Positions 27,573 to 36,100 of a DNA stretch of 64,000 nucleotides are shown piece by piece. The notes beneath the pieces were generated by a model. The model was given only the letters and a program-made list of their open reading frames with translations. It did no database searches and was not told the origin of the DNA. Position 1 is the stretch's first letter; each line of letters opens with the position of its first letter. The position numbers and the translations under genes were made by a program. This DNA is from a virus: positions 1 through 64,000 of IMG/VR virus record IMGVR_UViG_3300042566_001051, one strand, 5' to 3'.

Positions 27573-28471
27573 TACCCCTCCAGACTGCCCAGCCAAAGCC
27601 GGGTATAGGTGTTGCTGGCGCCGCCGTCGTCCGTGCCGCTCTCGAAGACATGCGCCGCCGTGATGATGCAGAGCTTGTCGCCGCCAACGAAATTGACAAG
27701 ATCGCCGGCGACAATCTGCCCAGAAAAGTCGATTTTCGATGTCTTGCGATGCACCAGGCAGCGCGTCATATTGCGCAGGCGCTGGACATCCTTGAACGGC
27801 GCGTAGCGCACCGCCCTGGGCTTTTCTTGGTTGCCGAACACGAAGCCTGCGGTCTCGTTCAGAGAAAAGAACCACGGCACTTCGTGGCGCTCCAGGAACC
27901 CGCTATCAACATCATCTGATGCGTTGTTTGGAAGATCGAGAACCGGCTTCTGCTTAAACAGATCGGGCAGGCGGACAAATTGCAGGCGGCCGGACTTCCA
28001 GCGCACGGCGCCGCCTTCTTCCTGCAATACGCGGGCGATGTGGAACGTCGGTGTTTCTCCGACCGGGCAGTAGAAGCGCGGAACAGGGAAGTCAGCATCA
28101 ACCGCCTTGATGGTCGCGCCGGCAGCCCGGTAGATCGCGGACAGGGCCGCGCTCTCCTTGATGATCGCCCGACTGCGCACAAAGGCTGCGCTGTGACACG
28201 AATCAAGCATGGCCGTGATGCGGATCGCGGTCATTTCGCGTTCGCCTTGAGCGGCCCGGCCAACAGCCCTGACAGACTTCACGATACGCAGCGAATCCCC
28301 GGTTCCAACAGAAACAAGCTGCCCCTCGGCGAGCCGCTTCTCCATGTCGTCGTCGCCGGCGCGGATTTCAGCCTCAAGCGTCACCGGTATGGGCGCCAGG
28401 TCGTAACGAAGCGCGGCCGACTTGATGAGGTCGCCGCGAATCTGCTTGCCGTCGGCGAGGAACAGAATCAC
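27572..28471 (-). CDS. Baseplate hub-like protein
   Basis: Directly upstream of the spike; C-terminal IITAAHVF...YTRLWL pattern like gp27/D hubs. Confidence 0.55.
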   Translation of the reverse strand: MILFLADGKQIRGDLIKSAALRYDLAPIPVTLEAEIRAGDDDMEKRLAEGQLVSVGTGDSLRIVKSVRAVGRAAQGEREMTAIRITAMLDSCHSAAFVRSRAIIKESAALSAIYRAAGATIKAVDADFPVPRFYCPVGETPTFHIARVLQEEGGAVRWKSGRLQFVRLPDLFKQKPVLDLPNNASDDVDSGFLERHEVPWFFSLNETAGFVFGNQEKPRAVRYAPFKDVQRLRNMTRCLVHRKTSKIDFSGQIVAGDLVNFVGGDKLCIITAAHVFESGTDDGGASNTYTRLWLGSLEG

Positions 28472-28475
28472 GCCG

Positions 28476-28859
28476 CTACACCGTTATGATGGGGCGAAAG
28501 AAGGCCCGGTGCGGTAGCTCCGCCTCGAACTGGAGAATATCTGCCGCCACCTCGCTTGAGGATCGCCCGAAAACATCCATGCCAAGGCCACGAGAAGCCT
28601 CAAGCTGCAATGCCGTCTCGCGTTCGACGTACAGCAGGAACAGCGGCCGAATCAGCGCCCATTCTGAGTTGCTGATTTCAGTGTCGCCAGAAACGTCAGG
28701 CGCAGGCGATACACCCGCATGGGCGCGCAGTTCTGCATACCCGGCATAGAGACGGGTTGCAGCCACGGCCTGAGCAAGAACGGAAGGCCCGTCCAGCAGA
28801 TTGCCAGCCGGGCGCTCGTTCGTTGCGAAGTTATCCGCTAGGGCGGAAAGAGTTGCCAT
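28476..28859 (-). CDS. Virion morphogenesis protein, unknown function
   Basis: Coupled ORF in the tail operon. Confidence 0.55.
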   Translation of the reverse strand: MATLSALADNFATNERPAGNLLDGPSVLAQAVAATRLYAGYAELRAHAGVSPAPDVSGDTEISNSEWALIRPLFLLYVERETALQLEASRGLGMDVFGRSSSEVAADILQFEAELPHRAFFRPIITV

Positions 28860-29359
28860 TACCGGTAGTCGCCGGAGTTACCAGGAACGACTTCGCCGAA
28901 GTAGTGGTAGAACAGCGTGCCGGAGAAGATCAGAATCTGGGAACGGTTCTCCCAATCGCGGTCTGGCGCGTCAAGCTGGATGAAGCAATCGACGATGCGC
29001 TTGGCCTTCAGGAACTTCTGAGGAGTGCCCTCGTAAATCTTGGCATTGAACGTGCCGCCCTTGGCGATCAGGCTGACCATCATGTTGTCGATGCTGCCAG
29101 CAACGGTCTCCATCATGGAAATCTGGCCCTGCTGCGCGATTTCGACTTGCTGCGGCTGCCACATTTTGGCGCCCATCGGCGTGGGAACTTCGATTTCACC
29201 AGCCGGAGAAATCTCAGGCCAAGGCGCCTGCTTGCACAGCAGGTAGTTCTGTTCGAAGCCCTCGATTTCGAACGTGAAGTCACTGGAAACAACCTTGGCG
29301 CCAAGCGCCTTGGTCGTGTCGTAAAAGCCTTTGAGGTAGGCGGCATTGGAAACGGTCAT
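28859..29359 (-). CDS. bplB: Tail tube protein (P1 BplB-like)
   Basis: YLKGFYD...GAKVVSSDF...METVAGSI resembles P1 BplB as recalled; strong RBS and its own promoter. Confidence 0.7.
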   Translation of the reverse strand: MTVSNAAYLKGFYDTTKALGAKVVSSDFTFEIEGFEQNYLLCKQAPWPEISPAGEIEVPTPMGAKMWQPQQVEIAQQGQISMMETVAGSIDNMMVSLIAKGGTFNAKIYEGTPQKFLKAKRIVDCFIQLDAPDRDWENRSQILIFSGTLFYHYFGEVVPGNSGDYR

Positions 29360-29703
29360 GGCATGTCCTTTCGGTGAATAGGTTGCTTCCCTGCACTGTA
29401 TTGCACGGCATTTGGCTCAATCGGCGTGTTTTCCGGGCCTTCCTGGCAGGACTTGACGGCCGCCTCAAGCTCGGTTTCGTATCCCTGGCGCTGGCTTCGC
29501 TCGGCGCGCAAGGCTTTCATCTGCTCCCATATTCCTGAGCCGACAGGGAGCGAATCAACGGCAAGCGCAGGGCGATCAGGAATCGCCACCTTGCACGGAA
29601 CTGGTACGGGCACAAGAACCTCTTGAACCTTTGGGGCCGTGGATACGCACCCAGACAGTGCCACGGCCATCACGATGGCTATTGCAAACATGCGCATAGT
29701 CAC
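29356..29703 (-). CDS. o-spanin (Rz1-like lipoprotein)
   Basis: Lipobox LSGC, Pro-rich VPVPVPC. Confidence 0.8.
   Translation of the reverse strand: MTMRMFAIAIVMAVALSGCVSTAPKVQEVLVPVPVPCKVAIPDRPALAVDSLPVGSGIWEQMKALRAERSQRQGYETELEAAVKSCQEGPENTPIEPNAVQYSAGKQPIHRKDMP
29395..29435 (-). promoter_or_regulatory. Putative late promoter (CGGAAAA-N28-TACAGT) for the tube operon
   Basis: Shared motif 36 nt upstream of the tube ATG. Confidence 0.6.
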
Positions 29704-30131
29704 TTTCCTCTCTCTTCTCTAAGTTCGATGTCGAACGCCTCTCGTGCAGCAGTGCATTCGTCTGTTCCAGGCGGCAATTTGAGGCCCATGATGGCCGTTG
29801 CTTTGCTCTTGAATGCGGATGACTCGGCCTTTGCCTTGGCAATGGCGATGTCCGCCAGGCGCTGGCGCTCTGCCGAATCGGCGCGCAGCTTGTTGATGGC
29901 GTCGTTCTGGCGCTGCGTTGCGCCGACCAGTGCGTTGTAGGCCGTCTCAAATTCAGTAGCGCGATCCTCGGCGGCCTTCGCCCGCATCTCTAGCTTCTCA
30001 ATCTTTGGCTGGTAATAGGCTTGCGTGGCCTTGTGGCCTCCCCATGCGCCGGCTCCGGCGATAACGGCGACGGCCGCCAGCCATAACAGCCAGCGGTACG
30101 GGGCTGGGATAAGCGCGCTTGCGATGCTCAT
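29700..30131 (-). CDS. i-spanin (Rz-like)
   Basis: N-terminal TM helix, coiled coil, C-terminal Cys; upstream of the lipoprotein. Confidence 0.8.
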   Translation of the reverse strand: MSIASALIPAPYRWLLWLAAVAVIAGAGAWGGHKATQAYYQPKIEKLEMRAKAAEDRATEFETAYNALVGATQRQNDAINKLRADSAERQRLADIAIAKAKAESSAFKSKATAIMGLKLPPGTDECTAAREAFDIELREERGK

Positions 30132-30517
30132 TTCACGGACTCCGGTAGGTCGGGAAGCGGTACGGTTTGGCCTGCCAGCTCGTGCGTGCAGTCGCTCAAG
30201 AACTGGATTTGGCCGTTGGTGACAAATGAATGGCAGATGCCGCACGGCCAAGGCCACGGCCCCTCGTCCGGGTATCGTTCTTGGTAATCGCAGGCGCAAT
30301 CACCGGGCTGCTGGCCTGGGTTGCAGTAATGCCCGGTTCGCACCAGCACGGACGGCGTGAAAGTCGGATTATCGGCGTTGCCGTTGTAAGTCCAGCCAGG
30401 CCCAGCGCCGTCGCCAATGCGAATCGTGTGAGTGTCCTTGCAGCCTGGGCAGTAGAACGCCACGCGGCCGCCTTCGACGGTGCGTAGCTTGCTGGAAATG
30501 GCGCCCATGTCAGCCAT
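30128..30517 (-). CDS. Cys/His-rich protein in the lysis cassette (DUF6527-like)
   Basis: FYCPGC...WTYNGN...PTFTPSVL...CHSFVTNGQIQFLSDCTH. Confidence 0.75.
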   Translation of the reverse strand: MADMGAISSKLRTVEGGRVAFYCPGCKDTHTIRIGDGAGPGWTYNGNADNPTFTPSVLVRTGHYCNPGQQPGDCACDYQERYPDEGPWPWPCGICHSFVTNGQIQFLSDCTHELAGQTVPLPDLPESVK

Positions 30518-31001
30518 CCCCAAGGCACTGCCGGCACTCTTCATGCCGGCGCTTTGCCAGCCCGCCGCAGAGGCGAGCATTCTCAGGCGCTGCGCAGTTC
30601 TTCCCTTGGAAATATGTCCAGCGCAGAATTTCTCCGCATGCCCCCTTGTAGTCGCCGGCGTTCAGTTTCTTGACGATCCCAGACCGGCAGAATGCAGCGG
30701 AGCCGACGTTGTAGGAGAAGCCGACAAAGGCGTCGTACTCGTGTTGGTGAAGCGGGACGGTGACGCATTGCTTCAGCGCCCCCTCGAACTTCTGCACATC
30801 GGTCAGTGCGCGCGCCAGGGCCTTGGGCGGTGTAATCGTGTCGCCCATCTTGACGCCGCCGGTCGTGCCAAAGCCGATTGTCGGGACATCGCCCTTGACC
30901 GGGATGACGGCGCGTTCGGTGTAGCCCTCTTGCATGACGATCCCCACCAAGGCGGCAGCGGATAGGGTCAGCGCGGCAAGCGCATTGCGTGGCCGGTTCA
31001 T
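30510..31001 (-). CDS. SAR endolysin, GH24 lysozyme
   Basis: Weakly hydrophobic N-terminus; E-x10-D-x5/6-T-type catalytic region (QEGY...GDVPTIGFGTT); FSYNVG; GLAKRR. Confidence 0.92.
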   Translation of the reverse strand: MNRPRNALAALTLSAAALVGIVMQEGYTERAVIPVKGDVPTIGFGTTGGVKMGDTITPPKALARALTDVQKFEGALKQCVTVPLHQHEYDAFVGFSYNVGSAAFCRSGIVKKLNAGDYKGACGEILRWTYFQGKNCAAPENARLCGGLAKRRHEECRQCLGDG

Positions 31002-31207
31002 TGGTGCATCCTCGGCTGGGAGACGACGCGGGCGACTGCGGCGCCGACGACGGCAACAAACGATAGGGAGGCGAAGAGATTTCGCGGCAGCACGTCGATA
31101 AACAACGGCAAGACAACTTCAGCCCCGGAGAGCATGGCGGCAATGATGGAAAGGCGAATGCTCCACGCCCGGCGGGCGATGCGCTTCCAGTCGGGCAAAA
31201 GTTCCAT
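30998..31207 (-). CDS. Putative holin (two TM segments)
   Basis: DWKRIARRAWSIRL followed by two hydrophobic helices; abuts the endolysin. Confidence 0.65.
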   Translation of the reverse strand: MELLPDWKRIARRAWSIRLSIIAAMLSGAEVVLPLFIDVLPRNLFASLSFVAVVGAAVARVVSQPRMHQ

Positions 31208-31506
31208 CAGTGCCCCCCGTTGATTTTCGATACGATGCCTGCCCACACGGCGGCCGCCAGTGCGGCAGCAGCAACGCCGAAGAAGGCCAACATGCCGTGA
31301 TCGGCTACCTTGCGAAGGCGCCGGCCAAATCGCAAGTCTTCCCGGAATTCCTCGACGCTCTCCGGTCGGTCAATATCCACACCAAGAATGGCGAACACCT
31401 TCTTGACGGCGGAGTCGGCAGCATCTTCCGATGCCTGCTCTGCATGGTGGCAAAGCTCCCGCTCTGCATCGCATGTCGCCATGCGCCTCATGGGCTTCTC
31501 GCTCAT
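31207..31506 (-). CDS. Membrane protein, holin/antiholin candidate
   Basis: C-terminal TM helix; first gene of the lysis cluster. Confidence 0.5.
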   Translation of the reverse strand: MSEKPMRRMATCDAERELCHHAEQASEDAADSAVKKVFAILGVDIDRPESVEEFREDLRFGRRLRKVADHGMLAFFGVAAAALAAAVWAGIVSKINGGH

Positions 31507-31670
31507 CACCGAGACCTCGCTACCGTCTTGGCGACTATCCCGCATGCGCGAATCACGTCATTGAGACGATTCACGATGGCTGCCTGTGTTTTCAACTCGG
31601 ACTCCCTTCCCCGCTTCCACTCTTCGAAGGGCTTTCCTTCGAAGAACTTCCTTGCCGTGCTGGCCTGCAT
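31506..31670 (-). CDS. Small tail-assembly protein; frame is open to 31841, so possibly a frameshift extension of the upstream gene
   Basis: Fills the gap between the 256-aa gene and the lysis genes; start uncertain. Confidence 0.5.
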   Translation of the reverse strand: MQASTARKFFEGKPFEEWKRGRESELKTQAAIVNRLNDVIRACGIVAKTVARSR

Positions 31671-31699
31671 AGCCAGCGCGTCGGTTAATGATGTGTGGG

Positions 31700-31741
31700 A
31701 ATATAGGGCGAGACTAGACGCCAGATTCGTGAGGTTTTCCG
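31700..31741 (-). promoter_or_regulatory. Putative late promoter (CGGAAAA-N29-TATATT) upstream of the lysis cassette
   Basis: Shared motif and spacing. Confidence 0.55.
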
Positions 31742-32484
31742 ACCAACTCGCGCGCCATTCCAGAGAGGCAGGTATGGGCCGGAAATCGGGCTGGCGGCAA
31801 ATTGCTTGCAGCCCCTCCTTTCGGCATAGCCACGATGCCATCCGATGTGAATTCGATCCTGAAAAGGTGGTGCAGCTTGTCGCGCCCGATCATGTACTTG
31901 GTCATGAGTGCGGCAAAGTCGCTCTCCGGGAAGGCCGACATCACGCGCATTCGGCCAACCAGGAACTCATCAAAAGCGCCTTCGCCGTCCGATGCGTCTG
32001 GAACACTCTCGCCGGAGCGCACCATCTGGCACGCCATGCCGCCCAACAGCCAGTGCAGCCGGCCGGAAATTCCCTCAACCTCACCAGTCATGCGCTCGAT
32101 TGATTCAGCCATCGCGCCGGTCAGGTGCCGGATGTGCCAGACATCGCCGCCGACCTCGCCAATCTCGACTGATGCAACCGCCGTTGGTATGTCGGATGCG
32201 CCGTCCAGGTAGTCGGAGTAGCGCCCATCACCCAGGGAGAAATCCGGGCCGTCCTCGGCTGTCGATGCCAGGTAGTGGCAGACGGCGAGCATGCGCTCCT
32301 GTACCGTCCAGTGCGCCGGGTCTTCGATGCCCTTGGATGTATCGACAGCGCGGCGCAGGAACGCCGTGCAGGACGCCTCTTCAAGATGCGCCGGCATGGC
32401 GGCAATGGCAATCGACTCGCCAATAGACAGTTCGCGCAGTTGTGCCGTCAGGCGCCTGGTGCGCAGAGGCGGGAAGTGGATCAT
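31714..32484 (-). CDS. Tail/baseplate assembly protein (chaperone-like)
   Basis: LRELSIG and IRHLTG repeats typical of tail assembly chaperones; tail operon. Confidence 0.5.
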   Translation of the reverse strand: MIHFPPLRTRRLTAQLRELSIGESIAIAAMPAHLEEASCTAFLRRAVDTSKGIEDPAHWTVQERMLAVCHYLASTAEDGPDFSLGDGRYSDYLDGASDIPTAVASVEIGEVGGDVWHIRHLTGAMAESIERMTGEVEGISGRLHWLLGGMACQMVRSGESVPDASDGEGAFDEFLVGRMRVMSAFPESDFAALMTKYMIGRDKLHHLFRIEFTSDGIVAMPKGGAASNLPPARFPAHTCLSGMARELVGKPHESGV

Positions 32485-32498
32485 GGCTTGCTCTCCTG

Positions 32499-33290
32499 TT
32501 ACAGGGATGCCGCTCTAGCCCAGTCGTTACGATCCAGGGCGGTGAGCGTGCAAAGGGTCATTGGAATTGCCAGTTCGACGTAGCGGCCGTTCTTATCGAC
32601 CGGCGAAGTCATCGGCTGCCCGATGGACTCAATCACCAGTGGCGAATAGATGCGCCCCTTGTATTTCATGGCGATGCGGGTAGGCGACTTGGAAGGCATC
32701 AGAGCCTCGACATAGCCCATGTCGCCCTTTGCCGTCTCGGCGGCTCGCGCCAGAACTGAGCCGTCTTTCGATAGCTCGATGGGCAGAGCCCACTCCATGA
32801 GCTTGTTGAATGGCGCCTCAACCTCCTTCATGGAGTCACGCCAGGCCCGGAACAGCGCCGTGACTTGAATCTTCACCGGCGGCATGCCGTTGAACACCTG
32901 GGTGGAATTCAGCTTTGTGATGCCGGTGCGGCCCTCGAACTGCGCGAGGAAATCGTTCGATTTCTGCTGCGCCCCGCCTTGCTCCTTCTGCTTGCCCATG
33001 ACCGAATCGACAATCGGCTGCAAAGCGCCTGATTGCAGCATCGCCATCAAGGCTGGCGCCTTCGACTCAGGCCCGGCCTGCTCGAATGGGCTCTGCCAGT
33101 TCAGTGCGATTTCCATGTTCGCCTCAGTGAGTGGGGCGAGCACGGTCTTGGGGTCAGTCTTGCCTGTCCGCCCCCAGGCGTCGTCTCCCGTCTTCGTCAC
33201 TTCGTAGAAACTGGCGATCAGGTGCGGCGATAGCCCATCCCAGAGAGAGGAAAGGGTGTTTGCATCAAGGCTTGGCATGTTCGTCGTCAT
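32499..33290 (-). CDS. Tail/baseplate structural protein
   Basis: PLVIESIG...PVDKNG pattern; downstream of the sheath operon. Confidence 0.5.
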   Translation of the reverse strand: MTTNMPSLDANTLSSLWDGLSPHLIASFYEVTKTGDDAWGRTGKTDPKTVLAPLTEANMEIALNWQSPFEQAGPESKAPALMAMLQSGALQPIVDSVMGKQKEQGGAQQKSNDFLAQFEGRTGITKLNSTQVFNGMPPVKIQVTALFRAWRDSMKEVEAPFNKLMEWALPIELSKDGSVLARAAETAKGDMGYVEALMPSKSPTRIAMKYKGRIYSPLVIESIGQPMTSPVDKNGRYVELAIPMTLCTLTALDRNDWARAASL

Positions 33291-33293
33291 GGC

Positions 33294-33326
33294 AAAAAAA
33301 TGGCGCTACCGAGAAGCAGCGCCATT
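33294..33326 (-). terminator. Rho-independent terminator after capsid-sheath-core genes
   Basis: AATGGCGCT...AGCGCCATT stem followed by a T run. Confidence 0.7.
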
Positions 33327-33351
33327 CCCCCGGTTAAGGTTGCAAGGGTGG

Positions 33352-34026
33352 TCAGATGCCCATCTTCCGGCGCATACGCATGGACTTCATGCGGCGCATC
33401 ATCGCGCCCGCAGAATGGCTCTTCATGCGCGCCTTGCGGATGGCGAGTTTCTGTTTTGCGGAGAGGCGCACCGTTCCGGAAATGCGCTTGCGGATGCGCA
33501 TCTTCTTGCCGCCGCGAACCGCCATCTTCATCTTGTAGACGGCATCCAAGGCGGGCTCCTGGTCGGACTCGCTGAAAACGAAGCTGTCGATTTCGGCGCT
33601 GGCCTCGTCATCGCCTTCCGGCAGCACAGAGGCAACCAGATCACGCACGCGGTCAGCGGCTTCATCGTCCCAGTCGTTCAACAGTGCGCCGGCGTCCTCT
33701 TCGGTTGCGCCGCACTTGACCAGATAGTCCCAGGCCGCATTGAGTGCAACTTCCAGCACGCCCTGTTCGTCCTCGGTGATGTCGCCGTCCTTGTTGGCAT
33801 CGGCAATACCCACCACGAGGGCCATCAGGCGGTCTGCGTAGCTCTCGCCATCGTCCAGATCGTCGGTTTCCGCCCATTGCTGGACGGCGGATACCGCAGA
33901 CATGGAAATGTCGGCGATGGTGTAGTTGTCGGCCCCTGCGAGCGCCGGCTCTTCGCCGGTGGAATCCAGGGTCTTGGTAGCATCGCGGCGCTTCATCGCC
34001 CCGCGCAGCAGTTCGGTCATGCTCAT
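33352..34026 (-). CDS. Prohead core/scaffold-like protein (P1 gp21 position; T4 gp68-like basic tail)
   Basis: Acidic body plus C-terminal AVRGGKK...KQKLAIRKARMKS...RMKSMRMRRKMGI. Confidence 0.6.
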   Translation of the reverse strand: MSMTELLRGAMKRRDATKTLDSTGEEPALAGADNYTIADISMSAVSAVQQWAETDDLDDGESYADRLMALVVGIADANKDGDITEDEQGVLEVALNAAWDYLVKCGATEEDAGALLNDWDDEAADRVRDLVASVLPEGDDEASAEIDSFVFSESDQEPALDAVYKMKMAVRGGKKMRIRKRISGTVRLSAKQKLAIRKARMKSHSAGAMMRRMKSMRMRRKMGI

Positions 34027-34053
34027 GTTTCTGTCCTTTCCTTGTGGGAGGGG

Positions 34054-35697
34054 TTAGCGAGTCAGCGTCTGGGTGACGAAAATCTGGCGGACGGTGCCGT
34101 CATAGCGAAGCCAGTACGAGCAATCCATCCGGTCGTAAGGCCGCACCTCATTTGGGCGAACGTCGAACTTCCACGCCTTGCCGTTCATTTCAGGCGCACT
34201 GGATGGAACCAGCCAGCCGGAAGACTCGGCGCCCTCGAAGAGCTCGACCAGGAAGTCCTGCATGCGCTTCACGGCTACCTGCATCGGCAGTTGCAGCATG
34301 TCCTTGCCGGCACGAGTGACGGCATCGTCGATGCTTGTGGACATGTCGGCCACGGAAATCAGCTTTTTCAGGCTGGATTCAACCAGGGCGCACGTCAGGG
34401 AGTCGCGGAAGACGTAGCGGCCGCCGCCGGTATAGACCTCGTACATCACCGGGTTGATCTTGGCGCGGGCCAGGGCGTTCAGTTCCTGGTCGCGTGGCGA
34501 ATAAACCTGGGTCATGCGAGTGCGACGGATAGGCCACTCGCGGCCGGCAATGACGTAGTTCTTCGGGGCAAAGCCCTTGGCATTGGTCTGAGCGTTGCGC
34601 AGGCAGGCGTAGGCGATGTTCAGCGTGGCCGTGCCAAGATGGCCCTTGGGGTTAATGCCCGTCGGGTCGTCCGACTTGATTGGAGACCAGAAGGCGTGCA
34701 TCAGGTGGGCCGTCATGCTGGCGCCCATGTTCAACTGCTCCACGAAGGTGATAGCCGCCTCCGGGTTCAGGTTGCCAGGGATGTCGAAGCGCAATTGACG
34801 GTTGGTATCGAACGCCAGTTGTGCCAGTTGCGCCAGCAGGGCCGGCGCCTGGGTGCCGCCGGACGAAATGTAGGCATAGTTGAACGGGGTGTATTGCAGC
34901 TTCTCGCGCGCAGCCATGTAGTCCTGCGTGGTGTAGCCGGTGCCACCTTCAGTGAAGCACACCAGGACGGCGGACTTCGCCCACTTCTCTTGCCCATTCA
35001 CGTCGTAGCCATAGGCCGGCGATGCGGGATCGACCGTTGCGCCGGCGCCGATGGTGCCGACTTTGATTTCGACCGCATCAGTCAGCGCCAAAGCAACGTC
35101 AGGCAGGTAGGCCGAGTTGCCGTAGTCGTCCTTGGCTTCCGGGTTCAGAGAGCCGTAGAACTCGTAAAGCAGGACGCCATCCTTGTCGCGGATGCGCAAG
35201 GTCAGCTTGTCGTTTGCGGCAGCTACTCCGCCAACCTTGTTTTCATCTGCCCGGTATTCGAGCTTGATGCCATCGTTGTAGCACTCAAGGTGCTTCACGG
35301 CGAACAGGTACGGCGCGACGGGATCGGTTTCCGATGCTGAAAAGGTGACAGCCTTGGTTTCTGCATCAACCGTTGCAACAGCCCACTTGATGATGGCGGC
35401 GGAGGTGGTCAGGCGCTGGACAACGGCCTCATAGGCGCCGTTGTTCAGGGCCTCGACGACATGCACCCAAGCCTCGTTGAGGGCGGAGACGCGAATCTGC
35501 TCACCCTTGCCGAGTTTCTTGAACACGTTGCCGCGATCAACCTTGAAAGGTTTGTCGATGCGGCCACGAGTGGCCCGCATCATGATGCCGAAGACCTGAT
35601 CGGCGTTGTCGGCTACCGGAATCTCGGAGTTATCGCGCAGCGGATTAAGCTGCACGCCGGATTCGGCGCCAAGTTGTCTCACAAAAGCGGTACTCAT
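34054..35697 (-). CDS. Tail sheath protein (P1 gp22-like)
   Basis: 547 aa; ATRGRIDKP, LARAKINPV, VFRDSLT motifs. Confidence 0.85.
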   Translation of the reverse strand: MSTAFVRQLGAESGVQLNPLRDNSEIPVADNADQVFGIMMRATRGRIDKPFKVDRGNVFKKLGKGEQIRVSALNEAWVHVVEALNNGAYEAVVQRLTTSAAIIKWAVATVDAETKAVTFSASETDPVAPYLFAVKHLECYNDGIKLEYRADENKVGGVAAANDKLTLRIRDKDGVLLYEFYGSLNPEAKDDYGNSAYLPDVALALTDAVEIKVGTIGAGATVDPASPAYGYDVNGQEKWAKSAVLVCFTEGGTGYTTQDYMAAREKLQYTPFNYAYISSGGTQAPALLAQLAQLAFDTNRQLRFDIPGNLNPEAAITFVEQLNMGASMTAHLMHAFWSPIKSDDPTGINPKGHLGTATLNIAYACLRNAQTNAKGFAPKNYVIAGREWPIRRTRMTQVYSPRDQELNALARAKINPVMYEVYTGGGRYVFRDSLTCALVESSLKKLISVADMSTSIDDAVTRAGKDMLQLPMQVAVKRMQDFLVELFEGAESSGWLVPSSAPEMNGKAWKFDVRPNEVRPYDRMDCSYWLRYDGTVRQIFVTQTLTR

Positions 35698-35709
35698 GGC
35701 CTAGCCCCC

Positions 35710-36075
35710 TTACTGAGCTTGCGTTTCAGTGGTAGCAGCGCCGCCGGTCTTGCCCTTGGTGGGCGCGACAACCGCAACCTCTTCGATGGTCAGTGCCAGT
35801 TCGTAGCCATTCAGTTCGGCGATCTGCTCGATGCTGGATGCCAGGCGCTGGAACTGGTCTTCGCTTTCGATGGAGACCTCTTTTTGACGGCCAGCCTCGT
35901 CGGCGCAGTGGCGAAGGTGCAGCCCCTCCACCTCGGGGAACACGGCATTGCGCGGCATGTGGTTCGTCACCACAACCTTGAACGGGTACTTGACCTTGGC
36001 GAACTCCTTTGCCACCAGATCATTGGCGTCCTTCCCGGTGAGGGAAGGAGCGCCCAAATCGACTTTACGGGTCAT
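35710..36075 (-). CDS. Hypothetical virion-associated protein
   Basis: AAGGAG RBS; between capsid and sheath genes. Confidence 0.6.
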   Translation of the reverse strand: MTRKVDLGAPSLTGKDANDLVAKEFAKVKYPFKVVVTNHMPRNAVFPEVEGLHLRHCADEAGRQKEVSIESEDQFQRLASSIEQIAELNGYELALTIEEVAVVAPTKGKTGGAATTETQAQ

Positions 36076-36100
36076 GTTGGTTGCTCCTTATCCAGCCCGA

